DNA of 59,485 bases, filler included. It is 9 parts of 9 records of this genome, joined end to end, with 100 filler letters (N's around TTAATTAATTAA, not from the genome) between each part and the next. Parts side by side here need not be neighbours in the genome. Positions count along the whole stretch, not along the records: positions 12,883 to 20,019 come from SRR31156797_44278; positions 20,120 to 29,259 come from SRR31156797_44281; 7 more parts are not named here. One strand, written 5' to 3'. Within the stretch, counting starts at the first letter, position 1. Each line of letters opens with the position of its first letter. The position numbers and the translations under genes are program-made. The notes beneath the pieces are model-generated. The model was not told the origin of the DNA, ran no database searches, and saw only the letters and a list, made by a program, of their open reading frames with translations. Below are positions 17,991 to 28,140 of this stretch, in pieces.

Positions 17991-18499
17991 CCGACTGATT
18001 TTTGCCACCAGCGTTCGTCGGCCAGCACCACCGACGTCTCGACCTGGCGTTCCGGAATCGTCCAATAGGTCCTAAGAAGACGGTTCTTGGTTTCCGTATC
18101 GACCAGTTTGAAGCCGTTCTTCTCGTAAAAACGAACCGCCCAGTCGGCCGCCGCCCAGGTTCCGACCAGGGTTGGCCTGTCGGTCATCGCATAAAGCGCG
18201 CGGGCCAGGATGCCGCCGATACCGCCGCGGCGACTGTCGGTACGGACATAGGCGTGCCGGATCAGCGCTACGTCTTTTACGTCCTGGATACCCATGACCC
18301 CAACCAGGCGGCCGTCCGCTTCGTATCCCCAGAAGACGACGCCGGCGGCGATCTCATCGCGTAGTTCTTCGGTCGGCATATACGGGTCCTGCCAGCGGTC
18401 CGGCGGAATCAGGCCGCGATAGGCCTCGGCGGCATCGTTGACGATCTCGAAAATGGCATCGAAATCGGCATCGACGCACTTGCGAATGTTGGCGTCCAT
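17987..18499 (-). CDS. GNAT-family N-acetyltransferase
   Basis: LIRHAYVRTDSRRGGIG acetyl-CoA motif and AVRFYEKNGF; start at ATG 18499. Confidence 0.88.
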   Translation of the reverse strand: MDANIRKCVDADFDAIFEIVNDAAEAYRGLIPPDRWQDPYMPTEELRDEIAAGVVFWGYEADGRLVGVMGIQDVKDVALIRHAYVRTDSRRGGIGGILARALYAMTDRPTLVGTWAAADWAVRFYEKNGFKLVDTETKNRLLRTYWTIPERQVETSVVLADERWWQKSVG

Positions 18500-18506
18500 T
18501 TGATTT

Positions 18507-19568
18507 CTAGCCTCGGGTCGAGAATTCCCAGCAAAGACTGTGCGCATAGACCTCGCCCGGCAACAGCACGGCAGACGGAAACTGCGGATTGTTGGGGGAA
18601 TCCGGGAAATGCTGGGTTTCCAGGCACAATCCGGCGCAAGCGCCGTATTTGATGCCGTTCTTGCCGGTCAGGGACTTGTCCATCTTGAATCCGGCGTAAA
18701 ACTGGACGCCCGGTGCCGTCGTCAGCACTTCCATGACCCGCCCCGATCCGGGATCGCAGACCTCGGCCGCCGTCCGCATGGTTCCGGCGTCGCCGTTGAC
18801 CACGAAATTCATGTCGTAGCCGCCGGCTTTAGACGTCAACAGCGACATGTCGCGGCCGATCGTCTTCTCGGTGCGGAAATCGTAGGGCGTGCCCTCCACG
18901 GCCGCGATTTCACCGGTGGGAATGTCGGAACGATCGGTCGGCGTATAGGAATCGGCTTCAAGGCGAAGCAAATGACCAAGAATGTCGCCGGTACCGGCGC
19001 CGGCCAGATTCCAGTACGAATGATTGACCAGGTTGATCACCGTCCGTTTGTCGGTTTCCGCCGTGAAATCCAGCCGCAATTCATCGGCGTCGGTCAGCGT
19101 GTAGACGGCTTTCACCGACAGGGTGCCGGGATAGTTTTCCTCGCCGTCCGGCGACACGTAGGTCAGGATCAGGCTGGCGCCGTCGGCCGATTCCGCGATT
19201 TCGGAATCCCAGACCTTCTTGTCGAACCCCTGCATACCGCCGTGCAGGTGGTGAACGAAGTCGGGTCCCTGGTTGGCGGCCAATTGATAGGTTTCGCCGT
19301 CGAGATCGAACCGCGCCCGGCCGATGCGATTGGCGTAGCGGCCGACCAGTGCGCCGAAGAAGGGGTGTTTACCCAGATACGGCGGCAAGGCATCGAAGCC
19401 GAGCACGACATCGGCCGAATTGCCGTCGCGGTCGGGAACATGCATTTCGGTCAGGATGCCGCCGTAATCGGTAATCTTGGCGACCAAGCCGTTGGCATTG
19501 GTCAGGGTGAAAAGCGATACCTCGCGGCCAGCGGTTTCGCCGAACCGGGTTTTTGTTGCGGTCGCCAT
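18507..19568 (-). CDS. galM: Aldose 1-epimerase (galactose mutarotase)
   Basis: GRYANRI, HHLHGG, YPGTL, NLVNHSYWNL, CLETQHFPDSPN; start ATG 19568 after GGGGAGGG. Confidence 0.95.
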   Translation of the reverse strand: MATATKTRFGETAGREVSLFTLTNANGLVAKITDYGGILTEMHVPDRDGNSADVVLGFDALPPYLGKHPFFGALVGRYANRIGRARFDLDGETYQLAANQGPDFVHHLHGGMQGFDKKVWDSEIAESADGASLILTYVSPDGEENYPGTLSVKAVYTLTDADELRLDFTAETDKRTVINLVNHSYWNLAGAGTGDILGHLLRLEADSYTPTDRSDIPTGEIAAVEGTPYDFRTEKTIGRDMSLLTSKAGGYDMNFVVNGDAGTMRTAAEVCDPGSGRVMEVLTTAPGVQFYAGFKMDKSLTGKNGIKYGACAGLCLETQHFPDSPNNPQFPSAVLLPGEVYAHSLCWEFSTRG

Positions 19569-19664
19569 GATTCCCTCCCCCACACAGGCGTATTTCAACG
19601 CCGCCGACGTTAGCCCTTCTGGCGATCCGGTCAAGCCGGATTTATCGAAGTGATGGCGGAAAAG

Positions 19665-20019
19665 CTAACCGGCGCCGTCGATCGCCGCCCGGACGATGGC
19701 GCTCAAGGGGACCAGGACGAAGCCACGTTCGGACAAGGCCGGCACCCATTCGGCCAGCGCCGCCAGGGTGGCGTCGCGCGGATGACCGATGGCGATGGCG
19801 GCGCCGGCGCGCCGGGCAACGCGTTCGGTTTCGGCCAATCGCGCCTTGACCGCCGCCACCTCGTTGACGTTGTCGAGAAAGACGTTGCGCTGCGCCGCCG
19901 GCACGCCGGCCCCGTGAGCGGCGACGGCACCGACCGATTTCGGCGTGGTGCGCGAATCCAGAAACAGCAGGCCGCGGGCCTTCAATTCGGCCATGACGAC
20001 GTCCATGCCGACACGGTTT
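19665..20019 (-). CDS. Divergent polysaccharide deacetylase family protein (5'-truncated)
   Basis: RGLLFLDSRTT, RNVFLDN, GAAIAIGHP..TLAAL..LVPLS. Confidence 0.88.
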
Positions 20020-20119
20020 NNNNNNNNNNNNNNNNNNNNNNNNNNNNNNNNNNNNNNNNNNNNTTAATTAATTAANNNNNNNNNNNNNNNNNNNNNNNNN
20101 NNNNNNNNNNNNNNNNNNN
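20020..20119. other. Artificial contig linker
   Basis: N44-TTAATTAATTAA-N44. Confidence 0.99.
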
Positions 20120-20150
20120 GCCCTGCTGAACATGTTCAGCAGGGCTTTTA
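20120..20150. terminator. Terminator-like hairpin downstream of pheT
   Basis: Perfect 26-bp palindrome GCCCTGCTGAACATGTTCAGCAGGGC followed by TTTTT on +; the other flank is cut by the contig end. Confidence 0.7.
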
Positions 20151-20169
20151 AATTACGTCAGTTCAGGAA

Positions 20170-22569
20170 CTAGAAACGTACGGGCAGGGATTTTTCGAGT
20201 CCTGCGAGAACTTTCTTATGTTCCTTATCTACTGCCTTGTCGGTCAGGGTTTTCTGACCGTGGCGGTAGGTGATGCGGAAGGAGAGGTTGCGTTCGTCTT
20301 CCTGACCTTCAGGAACGAACACATTAACCAGTTCCACAGATTCGATCAGCGGCAGTCTGAGGCCGAGGATCGCTTCTTTGATGGTTTCCGCGTGCAGGGA
20401 AACGGGACCGATTACAGTCACGTCACGTCTGGACGGCGGGAATACCGGAAGGGTTTCGAACTTGATTTCGTGTGCCATGACAATGTCACGCAGCAGATCA
20501 GCGTTGAGATCAGCCATCCAGACTTCTTTCTTGGCGTGGTACTTATCGGCAATGTCCGCCTTGACCATACCCATGAAGCCGATTTCCTGTTCACCGAGAG
20601 TGATGTTCACGCAAGGCTCAAGGTAGCTGTGATCTTCAGCAAGGGAGAAGGTTGCTTCGCCCAGCTTGAGGTCAGCCAGCAGGTGCTCAACAAGCCCTTT
20701 TACATCAAGGTAGTCGGCATCGCCATGTTCGTTCGGCCATTCGGCGTTGGAACGGGGACCGTTGAGCATAATGCCCAGACGGGTCTGCTCGCGGGTTTCG
20801 GTGTCGGAAGTTTCATCTTTGATGAACTTCTTGGCAATTTCAAATACCCGGATGTGGGTGTTGCCCTGTGCGAGGTTATGACGCACGGTGTTAAGCAGGC
20901 CGGGAGCCAGCTCAGTACGCATTACGTTCTGGTCTTCGCTCAGGGGGTTGGCGATGTTTACACGGCCTTCTTTGGGTAGGCCCAGCAGGTCGAGATCATC
21001 ATCACCTACGAAGCTGTAGTTGATGGCTTCGTGCAGACCTACGCCGCGGCCCCAGTTCTTGATACGGCGGTAGAAGCCGTAAGGGGTTTCCGCAATAACG
21101 GAAGCGTCAAAGGTCTTGGAGATGCGGGGCAGTACGGAAGGAATCTTATCCATGCCGAAGTAGCGGGCTACTTCTTCGTACAGGTCGGCCTCGCGTTCGA
21201 GGTCCAGTCTGTAGGAGGGGGTGGATACCTTCCAGCAATCTGTATCGCTATCATTAACTTCCAGCCCCATGAGGGTGAAAGCTTTTTTACTGAATTCAGG
21301 CTTGAGGTCCAGACCAAGCCAGCTATTGCAGCGCTTGTGGCGGTAATCGTGGGTACGGTCCTGCCAAGGCTTGGGCTCGTTTTTAGCCACGCCGGAAACA
21401 ACGTTAGCACCGGACAGTTCGCTCATGAGCTGAGCTGCGCGGTCCATGGCAAATGTGTTCATCTGCTGGTCCACGCCGCGTTCGAAGCGGTAGGATGCTT
21501 CGGAGGGCAGGGCCAGACGGCGGGCGGTCTTGCGGATCAGGCCGGGGCGGAACACTGCGGATTCGAGGACCACGTTGGTGGAACCGTCGTGAATCTCGGA
21601 GTTCATGCCGCCCATAACACCGGCAAGCGCAACTGGACGTTCTGCGTCCCAGATGAGCAGGTCAGAGCCGATAAGCTTACGTTCCTGTTCATCAAGGGTG
21701 GTGAACTTGGTTCCTTCGGGAGCAAGGCCGACTCTGATTTTGTCGCCTTTGAGCAGGTCTGCGTCAAAGGAGTGCAGGGGCTGGCCCAGTTCGAAAAGAA
21801 CGTAGTTGGTCACGTCAACGATATTGCTGATGGGACGAACACCCACGGAAAGGAGACGGTAACGCATCCAGTCCGGGGAAGGACCGATCTTTGCGCCCTG
21901 AAGGATTCTGGCCTGATAGAGCGGACAAAGGTCGGGATCATCGATCTCGATTTTGAGCATGTCCGCTGCATTACCACCGTTCTCAACGAGGTTGAGTCCC
22001 GGCATGGTGATGGGCAGGTCGAATGCCAGAGCGGTTTCGCGGGCGATACCGAGCATGGACAGGCAGTCGGCACGGTTGGGAGTGATACCCAGATCCATGA
22101 CCGTATCTTCCATGTTCATGGCTTCGGTGAACTTCACACCGGGAGTCAGACCTTCGGGCAGAACCATGATGCCGTCGTGTTCTTCGGAGAGTTCCAGTTC
22201 ACGCTCGGAGCAGATCATGCCGTGAGATTTAACACCGCGAAGTTTAGCCTTCTTGATTTTGAAATCACCGGGCATGGTCACGCCGACTTTAGCCACAGGC
22301 ACGTTTATGCCTTTGGTAACGTTGGGTGCGCCGCAAACGATATCAAGAAGCTCGCCGTCACCGACGTCTACTTTACAAACAGACAGCTTGTCGGCTTCGG
22401 GGTGCTTATCGCACTCCACAACATGGCCGACAACGATATCTTTGATCGCTTCAAAAGGATTGAAAATTTCTTCAAGCTCAAGGCCGAGCATGGTCAGCCT
22501 GTCGCCAAGCTCCTGAATTTCGCCCTCATAAGGAACGAAATCCCGCAGCCATTGCATGCTTAAAAGCAT
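20170..22569 (-). CDS. pheT: Phenylalanine--tRNA ligase beta subunit
   Basis: HPEADKL, IVCGAPN, SHGMICS, TPNRADCLS, RFERGVD, FDX-ACB C-terminus; 799 aa. Confidence 0.98.
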   Translation of the reverse strand: MLLSMQWLRDFVPYEGEIQELGDRLTMLGLELEEIFNPFEAIKDIVVGHVVECDKHPEADKLSVCKVDVGDGELLDIVCGAPNVTKGINVPVAKVGVTMPGDFKIKKAKLRGVKSHGMICSERELELSEEHDGIMVLPEGLTPGVKFTEAMNMEDTVMDLGITPNRADCLSMLGIARETALAFDLPITMPGLNLVENGGNAADMLKIEIDDPDLCPLYQARILQGAKIGPSPDWMRYRLLSVGVRPISNIVDVTNYVLFELGQPLHSFDADLLKGDKIRVGLAPEGTKFTTLDEQERKLIGSDLLIWDAERPVALAGVMGGMNSEIHDGSTNVVLESAVFRPGLIRKTARRLALPSEASYRFERGVDQQMNTFAMDRAAQLMSELSGANVVSGVAKNEPKPWQDRTHDYRHKRCNSWLGLDLKPEFSKKAFTLMGLEVNDSDTDCWKVSTPSYRLDLEREADLYEEVARYFGMDKIPSVLPRISKTFDASVIAETPYGFYRRIKNWGRGVGLHEAINYSFVGDDDLDLLGLPKEGRVNIANPLSEDQNVMRTELAPGLLNTVRHNLAQGNTHIRVFEIAKKFIKDETSDTETREQTRLGIMLNGPRSNAEWPNEHGDADYLDVKGLVEHLLADLKLGEATFSLAEDHSYLEPCVNITLGEQEIGFMGMVKADIADKYHAKKEVWMADLNADLLRDIVMAHEIKFETLPVFPPSRRDVTVIGPVSLHAETIKEAILGLRLPLIESVELVNVFVPEGQEDERNLSFRITYRHGQKTLTDKAVDKEHKKVLAGLEKSLPVRF

Positions 22570-22601
22570 TTGAGCCTCCAGCAGTATTTACTGCGTATAT
22601 A

Positions 22602-23648
22602 TTAGGAAAACTGTTCGAGGAATCGGATGTCGTTTTCAAAGAACATGCGCAGGTCGCCGATGCCGTATTTGAGCATGGCTACACGTTCAATGCCGAGTCC
22701 GAATGCGAAACCGGAGTATTTTTCGGTATCGTAATCAACTGCTTTCATTACGTTGGGGTCCATCATGCCGCAGCCGAGGATTTCCACCCAACCGGTCTGC
22801 TTGCACACGCGGCAGGGCTTGCCGTCGATGGTACCTTTACCACCGCACATAACGCAGGAGATGTCCACTTCCGCGCTGGGTTCGGTAAAGGGAAAGAAGC
22901 TGGGGCGGAAACGCACGTCAGTTTTGGGTCCGAAAAGCTGGTGGACGAATGCTGTCAGTGTTCCCCTGAGGTCCGCCATGCTGACGTTCTGGTCTACCAG
23001 AAAACCTTCGATTTGGTGGAACATGGGTGTGTGGGTCAGGTCGGAGTCCCTGCGGTAAACCTTACCTGGTGCGATAGCTGCCAGCGGAGGAGTTCTATCC
23101 TTCATGGTGCGGATCTGCAGCGGGGAGGTGTGGGTACGCAGCAGGATGGAATCTGATATGTACAGGGTGTCCTGCATGTCGCGTGCGGGGTGTTCCGGCG
23201 GAATGTTCAGTGCTTCGAAGTTGTACCAGTCGTTTTCAACTTCGGGTCCGGTAACGACCTCAAATCCCAGCCCGATGAATACGTCACAAATCTCGTCCAT
23301 GACGAGGGTGACCGGGTGGAGTGAGCCTTCAGCAGGTTTGCGTCCGGGCATGGTGGGGTCGAAACGGGATAGACTCTCAGCGGTGGCGGCTTTTTCAAGC
23401 TCGCTCTGCTTTCCCTCGATGAGCGCTGTGAGAGCGGCCTTTACTTCATTGGCTTTTTTACCTGCGACAGGTTTGTCTTCGTTAGGAAGTGAGGGCAGAC
23501 CGGACATGATTTTGGCAACGCGGCCCTTACGGCCGAGCATGTCGATCTTGATATCTTCCAGTTCAGACAAAGAAGCCTGATCCAGGCGTGCAGAGCACTC
23601 CGGGACCAGGCCTTCAAGTTCCTGTAACAGGGACTTTACGTCCGACAT
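22602..23648 (-). CDS. pheS: Phenylalanine--tRNA ligase alpha subunit
   Basis: [43 protein letters not shown]. Confidence 0.98.
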   Translation of the reverse strand: MSDVKSLLQELEGLVPECSARLDQASLSELEDIKIDMLGRKGRVAKIMSGLPSLPNEDKPVAGKKANEVKAALTALIEGKQSELEKAATAESLSRFDPTMPGRKPAEGSLHPVTLVMDEICDVFIGLGFEVVTGPEVENDWYNFEALNIPPEHPARDMQDTLYISDSILLRTHTSPLQIRTMKDRTPPLAAIAPGKVYRRDSDLTHTPMFHQIEGFLVDQNVSMADLRGTLTAFVHQLFGPKTDVRFRPSFFPFTEPSAEVDISCVMCGGKGTIDGKPCRVCKQTGWVEILGCGMMDPNVMKAVDYDTEKYSGFAFGLGIERVAMLKYGIGDLRMFFENDIRFLEQFS

Positions 23649-24002
23649 TTAGCTTACCTGAGCTTTTGCGATCTCAACCACTTTGGCGAATGCAGGAGCA
23701 TCGTTTACAGCCAGATCGGCGAGAACTTTGCGGTTCAGGGTAACGCCAGCGGTAGACAGGCCATGGATAAGGCGGCTGTAGGACATACCGTTCAGGCGTG
23801 CGGCAGCGTTAATACGCTGAATCCAGAGTTTACGCATATCGCGTTTGCGGAGCTTACGACCAACGTAAGCCATGCAGAGTGAACGCTCAACACGTTCTCT
23901 GGCGGTGCGGTAAAGGGTTGATCCGGAACCACGGAAACCCTTGGCCATTTTCAAATATTTTTTATGACGCCTCTTAGCGGCGACACCACGTTTTACTCTC
24001 AT
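23649..24002 (-). CDS. rplT: 50S ribosomal protein L20
   Basis: [35 protein letters not shown]. Confidence 0.98.
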   Translation of the reverse strand: MRVKRGVAAKRRHKKYLKMAKGFRGSGSTLYRTARERVERSLCMAYVGRKLRKRDMRKLWIQRINAAARLNGMSYSRLIHGLSTAGVTLNRKVLADLAVNDAPAFAKVVEIAKAQVS

Positions 24003-24111
24003 TTATTCCTCCTAGGGAATTTTCTCTAAAACCAGCCGCGAACGTAGTTCCGCGGACAGGAGTGTTCAAATAAAGTGCTAATTACTCAAGTAAGCTTTTT
24101 CTATGAAGTAA

Positions 24112-24309
24112 TTAAGCGTAGGGAAGCATGCGTTTGACCTGGCCGATGTTCGCACTGTCAACAGTTGCGCTCTTGCCGAGTCTGCTCTTACGTTTCGCGT
24201 TCTTCTTGGTCAGGATGTGACGCAGACCCTGCTTGCGACGTTTGAATTTGCCGCTGCCAGTCTTTGCAAAACGCTTTGCTGCGCCTCTTCTGGTTTTCAT
24301 TTTAGGCAT
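24112..24309 (-). CDS. rpmI: 50S ribosomal protein L35
   Basis: MPKMKTRRGAAKRF..TGSGK..HILTKK..MLPY. Confidence 0.98.
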   Translation of the reverse strand: MPKMKTRRGAAKRFAKTGSGKFKRRKQGLRHILTKKNAKRKSRLGKSATVDSANIGQVKRMLPYA

Positions 24310-24355
24310 TTTTTCTCCTCCTTGGGAAATACCGACACGTAAGTCGGAAAAGACC

Positions 24356-24901
24356 TTATTTTTTGATTGGAGCCAACATCATGTTCATGGTGCGGCCTTC
24401 GGACCTTGGAGCCTGCTCCATTTTGGAGATATCCATGGTTTCCTCTTTGACTCGCTCCAGAACTGCCAACCCTCTGTCCTTATGGACAATTTCTCGGCCC
24501 CTGAAAAATATAGTGACTTTGCACCTGTCGCCGCCTTCAAGAAACCGACGGATGTGCTTGAGCTTTGTCTGGTAATCGTGCTCGTCTGTCTTGGGGCGAA
24601 ACTTGACTTCCTTGATCTGGATTACAGTCTGCTTCTTTTTGGCTTCCTGCTTACGTTTCTGCTGCTGATATTTGAACTTACCATAGTCCATAATCTTGCA
24701 AACAGGCGGGTCTGCCTTTTCTGCAACTTCAACCAGATCAAGACCCCGGTCCTGTGCTATTTCAAGGGCTTCACGTGTGGGAAGTTCTCCCAACTGATTA
24801 CCCTCGTCGTCAATAACCATGACTCTGGGAACTCTAATGCGCTCGTTTCGGCGGGCACCGTCATCCCTGCGATAGGGACGCCTGTCTCTATGAAAAGCTA
24901 T
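24356..24901 (-). CDS. infC: Translation initiation factor IF-3, non-canonical ATA start
   Basis: IF3 motifs [29 protein letters not shown]. The frame extends 27 codons upstream of ATG 24820 (includes [10 protein letters not shown]) to an ATA at 24901 preceded by GGAGG; an in-frame TGA lies two codons further upstream. Confidence 0.93.
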   Translation of the reverse strand: MAFHRDRRPYRRDDGARRNERIRVPRVMVIDDEGNQLGELPTREALEIAQDRGLDLVEVAEKADPPVCKIMDYGKFKYQQQKRKQEAKKKQTVIQIKEVKFRPKTDEHDYQTKLKHIRRFLEGGDRCKVTIFFRGREIVHKDRGLAVLERVKEETMDISKMEQAPRSEGRTMNMMLAPIKK

Positions 24902-26822
24902 AGCTCATGCCTCCGCGTTTGAATGGTTCGTTAATGGCGGTCGAAATAAGCTCTGCCGCGTCTTCAATAGACTTGAGTCCGGGGTCTTCCCCGTCGCGGG
25001 CCCTTACATTGACCGATTCCGCGGCAACTTCTTTGTCGCCTACTACTAACATGAACGGGATTTTTTCAAGCTGGGCTTCCCGAACTTTGTAGCCCAGTTT
25101 CTCATTTCGATCATCAACCTCGGCACGAATGCCCTTTTCTTGCAGAAACTGCAAGACTTTTTGTGCAAATTCGTTCTGAGAATCGGTGACAGTGAGAATT
25201 TTTGCCTGAACAGGGGACAGCCAGGCAGGCAGAGCGCCACCAGTGTGCTCAATGAGCACGCCGATGAAACGTTCGATGGAACCGAGGATAACCCGGTGGA
25301 GCATTACAGGTCTGTGACGCTCACCATCTTCGCCCACATAGCTTAACTCGAACCGCTCTGGCAAGGTAAAATCACACTGGATTGTAGCACATTGCCAGCG
25401 ACGTTCAAGTGCATCTTTAATAATGATGTCAATTTTGGGTCCGTAGAACGCGCCGTCGCCTTCATTGATTGAGTATTCCATACCCATTTCATTGAGTGCG
25501 CCTTTGAGTGCTTCGGTTGCTCTGTCCCAATCTTCATCAGAACCGATAGCCTTTTCGGGCTTGGTGCTGATTTCTGCTTCGTATTCAAATCCGAACAAGC
25601 CCATCATGTCGCCGACAAATTTCGCAACGCCGATGATTTCATCACGGAGCTGGTCGGGGCGGCAGATAAGGTGTGCATCATCCTGAGTGAATGTGCGCAC
25701 ACGGAGCAGGCCGTGCAGTACGCCGGATTTCTCGTGGCGGTGGACCACACCCAGCTCAAAGTAGCGCTGGGGCAGGTCGCGGTAGCTGCGCAGTCTGGAT
25801 TTGAATACCAGCATGTGAGAGAGGCAGTTCATGGGTTTGATGCCGTAGGACTGCTCATCAATCTCAGTGAAGTACATGTTTTCGCGGTAGTTGTCGTAGT
25901 GGCCGGACTTTTCCCAAAGCTCGCGCTTGAGAATCAGCGGGCCCTGTACGAACTGGTAGCCGCGTTTGAGGTGCTCTTTACGTTCGAAATCTTCAAGGAT
26001 AGCTCGAACGAGTGCTCCCTTGGGATGCCAGATGGTCATGCCCGCGCCCACTTCGGGGTTCACGGAAAAAAGATCAAGCTGGGTTCCCAGTTTACGGTGG
26101 TCGCGCTTTTTGGCTTCCTCAATCTGGGCAAGGTGCTTTTTCAGGGATTTGGGATCAGGGAAAGCTGTTCCGTAAATACGCTGCAGCTGCTCGCGATTTT
26201 CATCTCCACGCCAGTAGGCACCGGCAACGGAAAGCAGCTTGAAGGCTTTAAGCATACCGGTGCGGGCCACGTGGGGGCCACGGCAGAGGTCTGCAAACTC
26301 ACCATTGGTGTATACGGAAACAGTGTCTTCACCCAGATCGTTGATCAGTTCGATCTTGTAATCCTCGCCCATTCCCTCGAACTTTTTAAGTGCATCAGCA
26401 CTGGAAAGCACTTCGCGGGTAAATTCTTCGTTGGCACCCACACGGCGCAGCATTTCGGCTTCGATGGCCTCAAGATCTTCAGGAGTGAAGGGGCGTTCGT
26501 AATCGAAGTCGTAGTAGAAGCCGCTGGCAATGGAGGGGCCGATGGTTACCTTGGCTGTGGGGAAAAGTTTCTTCACAGCTTCAGCCATAAGGTGTGCTGT
26601 GGAGTGGCGGATTACTTCCAGACCTTCTGCGGAATCAGCCATCACCGGCTCAAGGTCGGTACAGTCGGCAGGCACGGTGGTGGTGAGATCAAGAAGCGTT
26701 TCGCCACATTTGGCAACTACAACGTTCTTGAACTGCTTTTTGGACAAGGCCTCTTTGAGAACCTCGCCGCAAAGCGCACCCTGCTGAACTTCAAGTTCTT
26801 TACCTGCAACTTGCATATCCAC
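24888..26822 (-). CDS. thrS: Threonine--tRNA ligase
   Basis: [55 protein letters not shown]. Confidence 0.98.
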   Translation of the reverse strand: MDMQVAGKELEVQQGALCGEVLKEALSKKQFKNVVVAKCGETLLDLTTTVPADCTDLEPVMADSAEGLEVIRHSTAHLMAEAVKKLFPTAKVTIGPSIASGFYYDFDYERPFTPEDLEAIEAEMLRRVGANEEFTREVLSSADALKKFEGMGEDYKIELINDLGEDTVSVYTNGEFADLCRGPHVARTGMLKAFKLLSVAGAYWRGDENREQLQRIYGTAFPDPKSLKKHLAQIEEAKKRDHRKLGTQLDLFSVNPEVGAGMTIWHPKGALVRAILEDFERKEHLKRGYQFVQGPLILKRELWEKSGHYDNYRENMYFTEIDEQSYGIKPMNCLSHMLVFKSRLRSYRDLPQRYFELGVVHRHEKSGVLHGLLRVRTFTQDDAHLICRPDQLRDEIIGVAKFVGDMMGLFGFEYEAEISTKPEKAIGSDEDWDRATEALKGALNEMGMEYSINEGDGAFYGPKIDIIIKDALERRWQCATIQCDFTLPERFELSYVGEDGERHRPVMLHRVILGSIERFIGVLIEHTGGALPAWLSPVQAKILTVTDSQNEFAQKVLQFLQEKGIRAEVDDRNEKLGYKVREAQLEKIPFMLVVGDKEVAAESVNVRARDGEDPGLKSIEDAAELISTAINEPFKRGGMSYSFS

Positions 26823-27126
26823 TCTCTCTTTGCGGAAAAATTGTTTCTATGTCCGATCGTTTCGGACAATTAAAAATGTCTTCTTTTCTGCGGAAAAGTT
26901 GCTTTTGCAACCCTCCGTGATCCTTGAATTCGTAAGGCTAGAAGACCTAGAACATCATAAAGATCGCGCAATAATATTACTGCACGAAAGGCGGTATATT
27001 TAGCTGACAAATGATGGGAAGTCAAGCAATGTGGGGGCTTAGAGAGGAGAAAAGAATACTTTTGTAAATCTGATGATTATAATCTGCCTATTGTTTGCAT
27101 CTATTTGGTAAGTTATAGTCCTAAAC

Positions 27127-28071
27127 ATGAAAAAGCAACTCAAAGTATTGCTGGTTGATGCCTTCACTAAAATTCCGGGCAAGGGTAACCGTGCCGGGGT
27201 GGTGTTGGATGCAACCGGGCTAAATGAAGCTGAAATGCAGGCCGTTGCCGCATTGGTCAATGTTTCCGAGACCGCGTTCATAATTCCTACCCCGGACGCT
27301 TCTGGGCACGAATTGCGTGTGCGCTACTTCACCCCTTCCATAGAGGTTCCCACCTGTGGACATGCTACAATTGGTGCTCATTATGCCCGTTCCAGACATC
27401 TCGGTCTTTCCGATACCACCGTTACTGCCCTGATCGGTGCCGGGCCGCTTCCGGTTGATATAGTTGGTTGCGGTGGCAATATGAAAATTGTCATGACTCA
27501 GGGCGAGGTTGTTTTCAGTGATCCTTATGACGAAGACATAACTGCTCGAATTTTGGCTGCCCTTGGTCTCACTGCGGAAGATCTTGAACCCGCACTCCCG
27601 GTGCAGGAAGTTTCAACCGGGCATTCCAAGGTCATGGTCCCGATCCGTTCAGTTCAATGGCTTGATTCGCTTGTTCCGAATATGGAAGCACTGGCCGAGT
27701 GCAGTCGTTTGATCAATTGCAACGGCTTTTTTGTTTTTGTAATTAATGGAGTGGAAAACCCTTATTTGACCAGCGGAAGAATGTTTGCCCCCGCAATCGG
27801 TATTGATGAAGATCCTGTAACCGGGAATGGTAACGGTCCTTGCGGTGCTTATTTGTCCGAGCACGGCAGATTACCTGATCAGGTTGTTTTTTCTTATCTT
27901 GGGCAGCAGGGAGTTGCCATGGGAAAGGAAGGTGAGATTGAAGTCTCCGTGCATCGTCAAGACGGCCTGCCATATAAGGTTCAGATCGGTGGTGTGGCTG
28001 TTGAGGCTGGAACCATGGACGTGGAGTTGGTCATGGATGACGATGGTTCTGTGCAGGCGATAGAAGTTTAA
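27127..28071 (+). CDS. PhzF-family isomerase/epimerase
   Basis: VDAFT..GNRAGVV, SETAF, RYFTP..EVPTCGHAT, STGH, RMFAP..GIDEDPVTG. Confidence 0.92.
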   Translation: MKKQLKVLLVDAFTKIPGKGNRAGVVLDATGLNEAEMQAVAALVNVSETAFIIPTPDASGHELRVRYFTPSIEVPTCGHATIGAHYARSRHLGLSDTTVTALIGAGPLPVDIVGCGGNMKIVMTQGEVVFSDPYDEDITARILAALGLTAEDLEPALPVQEVSTGHSKVMVPIRSVQWLDSLVPNMEALAECSRLINCNGFFVFVINGVENPYLTSGRMFAPAIGIDEDPVTGNGNGPCGAYLSEHGRLPDQVVFSYLGQQGVAMGKEGEIEVSVHRQDGLPYKVQIGGVAVEAGTMDVELVMDDDGSVQAIEV

Positions 28072-28084
28072 TGTTTTGAGATAT

Positions 28085-28126
28085 AAAAAAGCTCAGTGTG
28101 TGGTTATGTACACTGAGCTTTTGTTT
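28085..28126. terminator. Bidirectional rho-independent terminator
   Basis: AAAAAAGCTCAGTGT...ACACTGAGCTTTTG between convergent genes. Confidence 0.85.
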
Positions 28127-28140
28127 TGGGTAATTGAGAT

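Noticed and set aside
20218-26873. Long + strand ORFs (20218-20979, 21031-22563, 24233-24922, 25671-26873)
   Set aside because: Antisense shadows of pheT, infC and thrS.
27127-28071. PhzF-family gene as evidence of phenazine biosynthesis
   Set aside because: It is a solitary gene with no phzA/B/D/E/G; the trpE in this window is on a different contig. PhzF-like isomerases are widespread.
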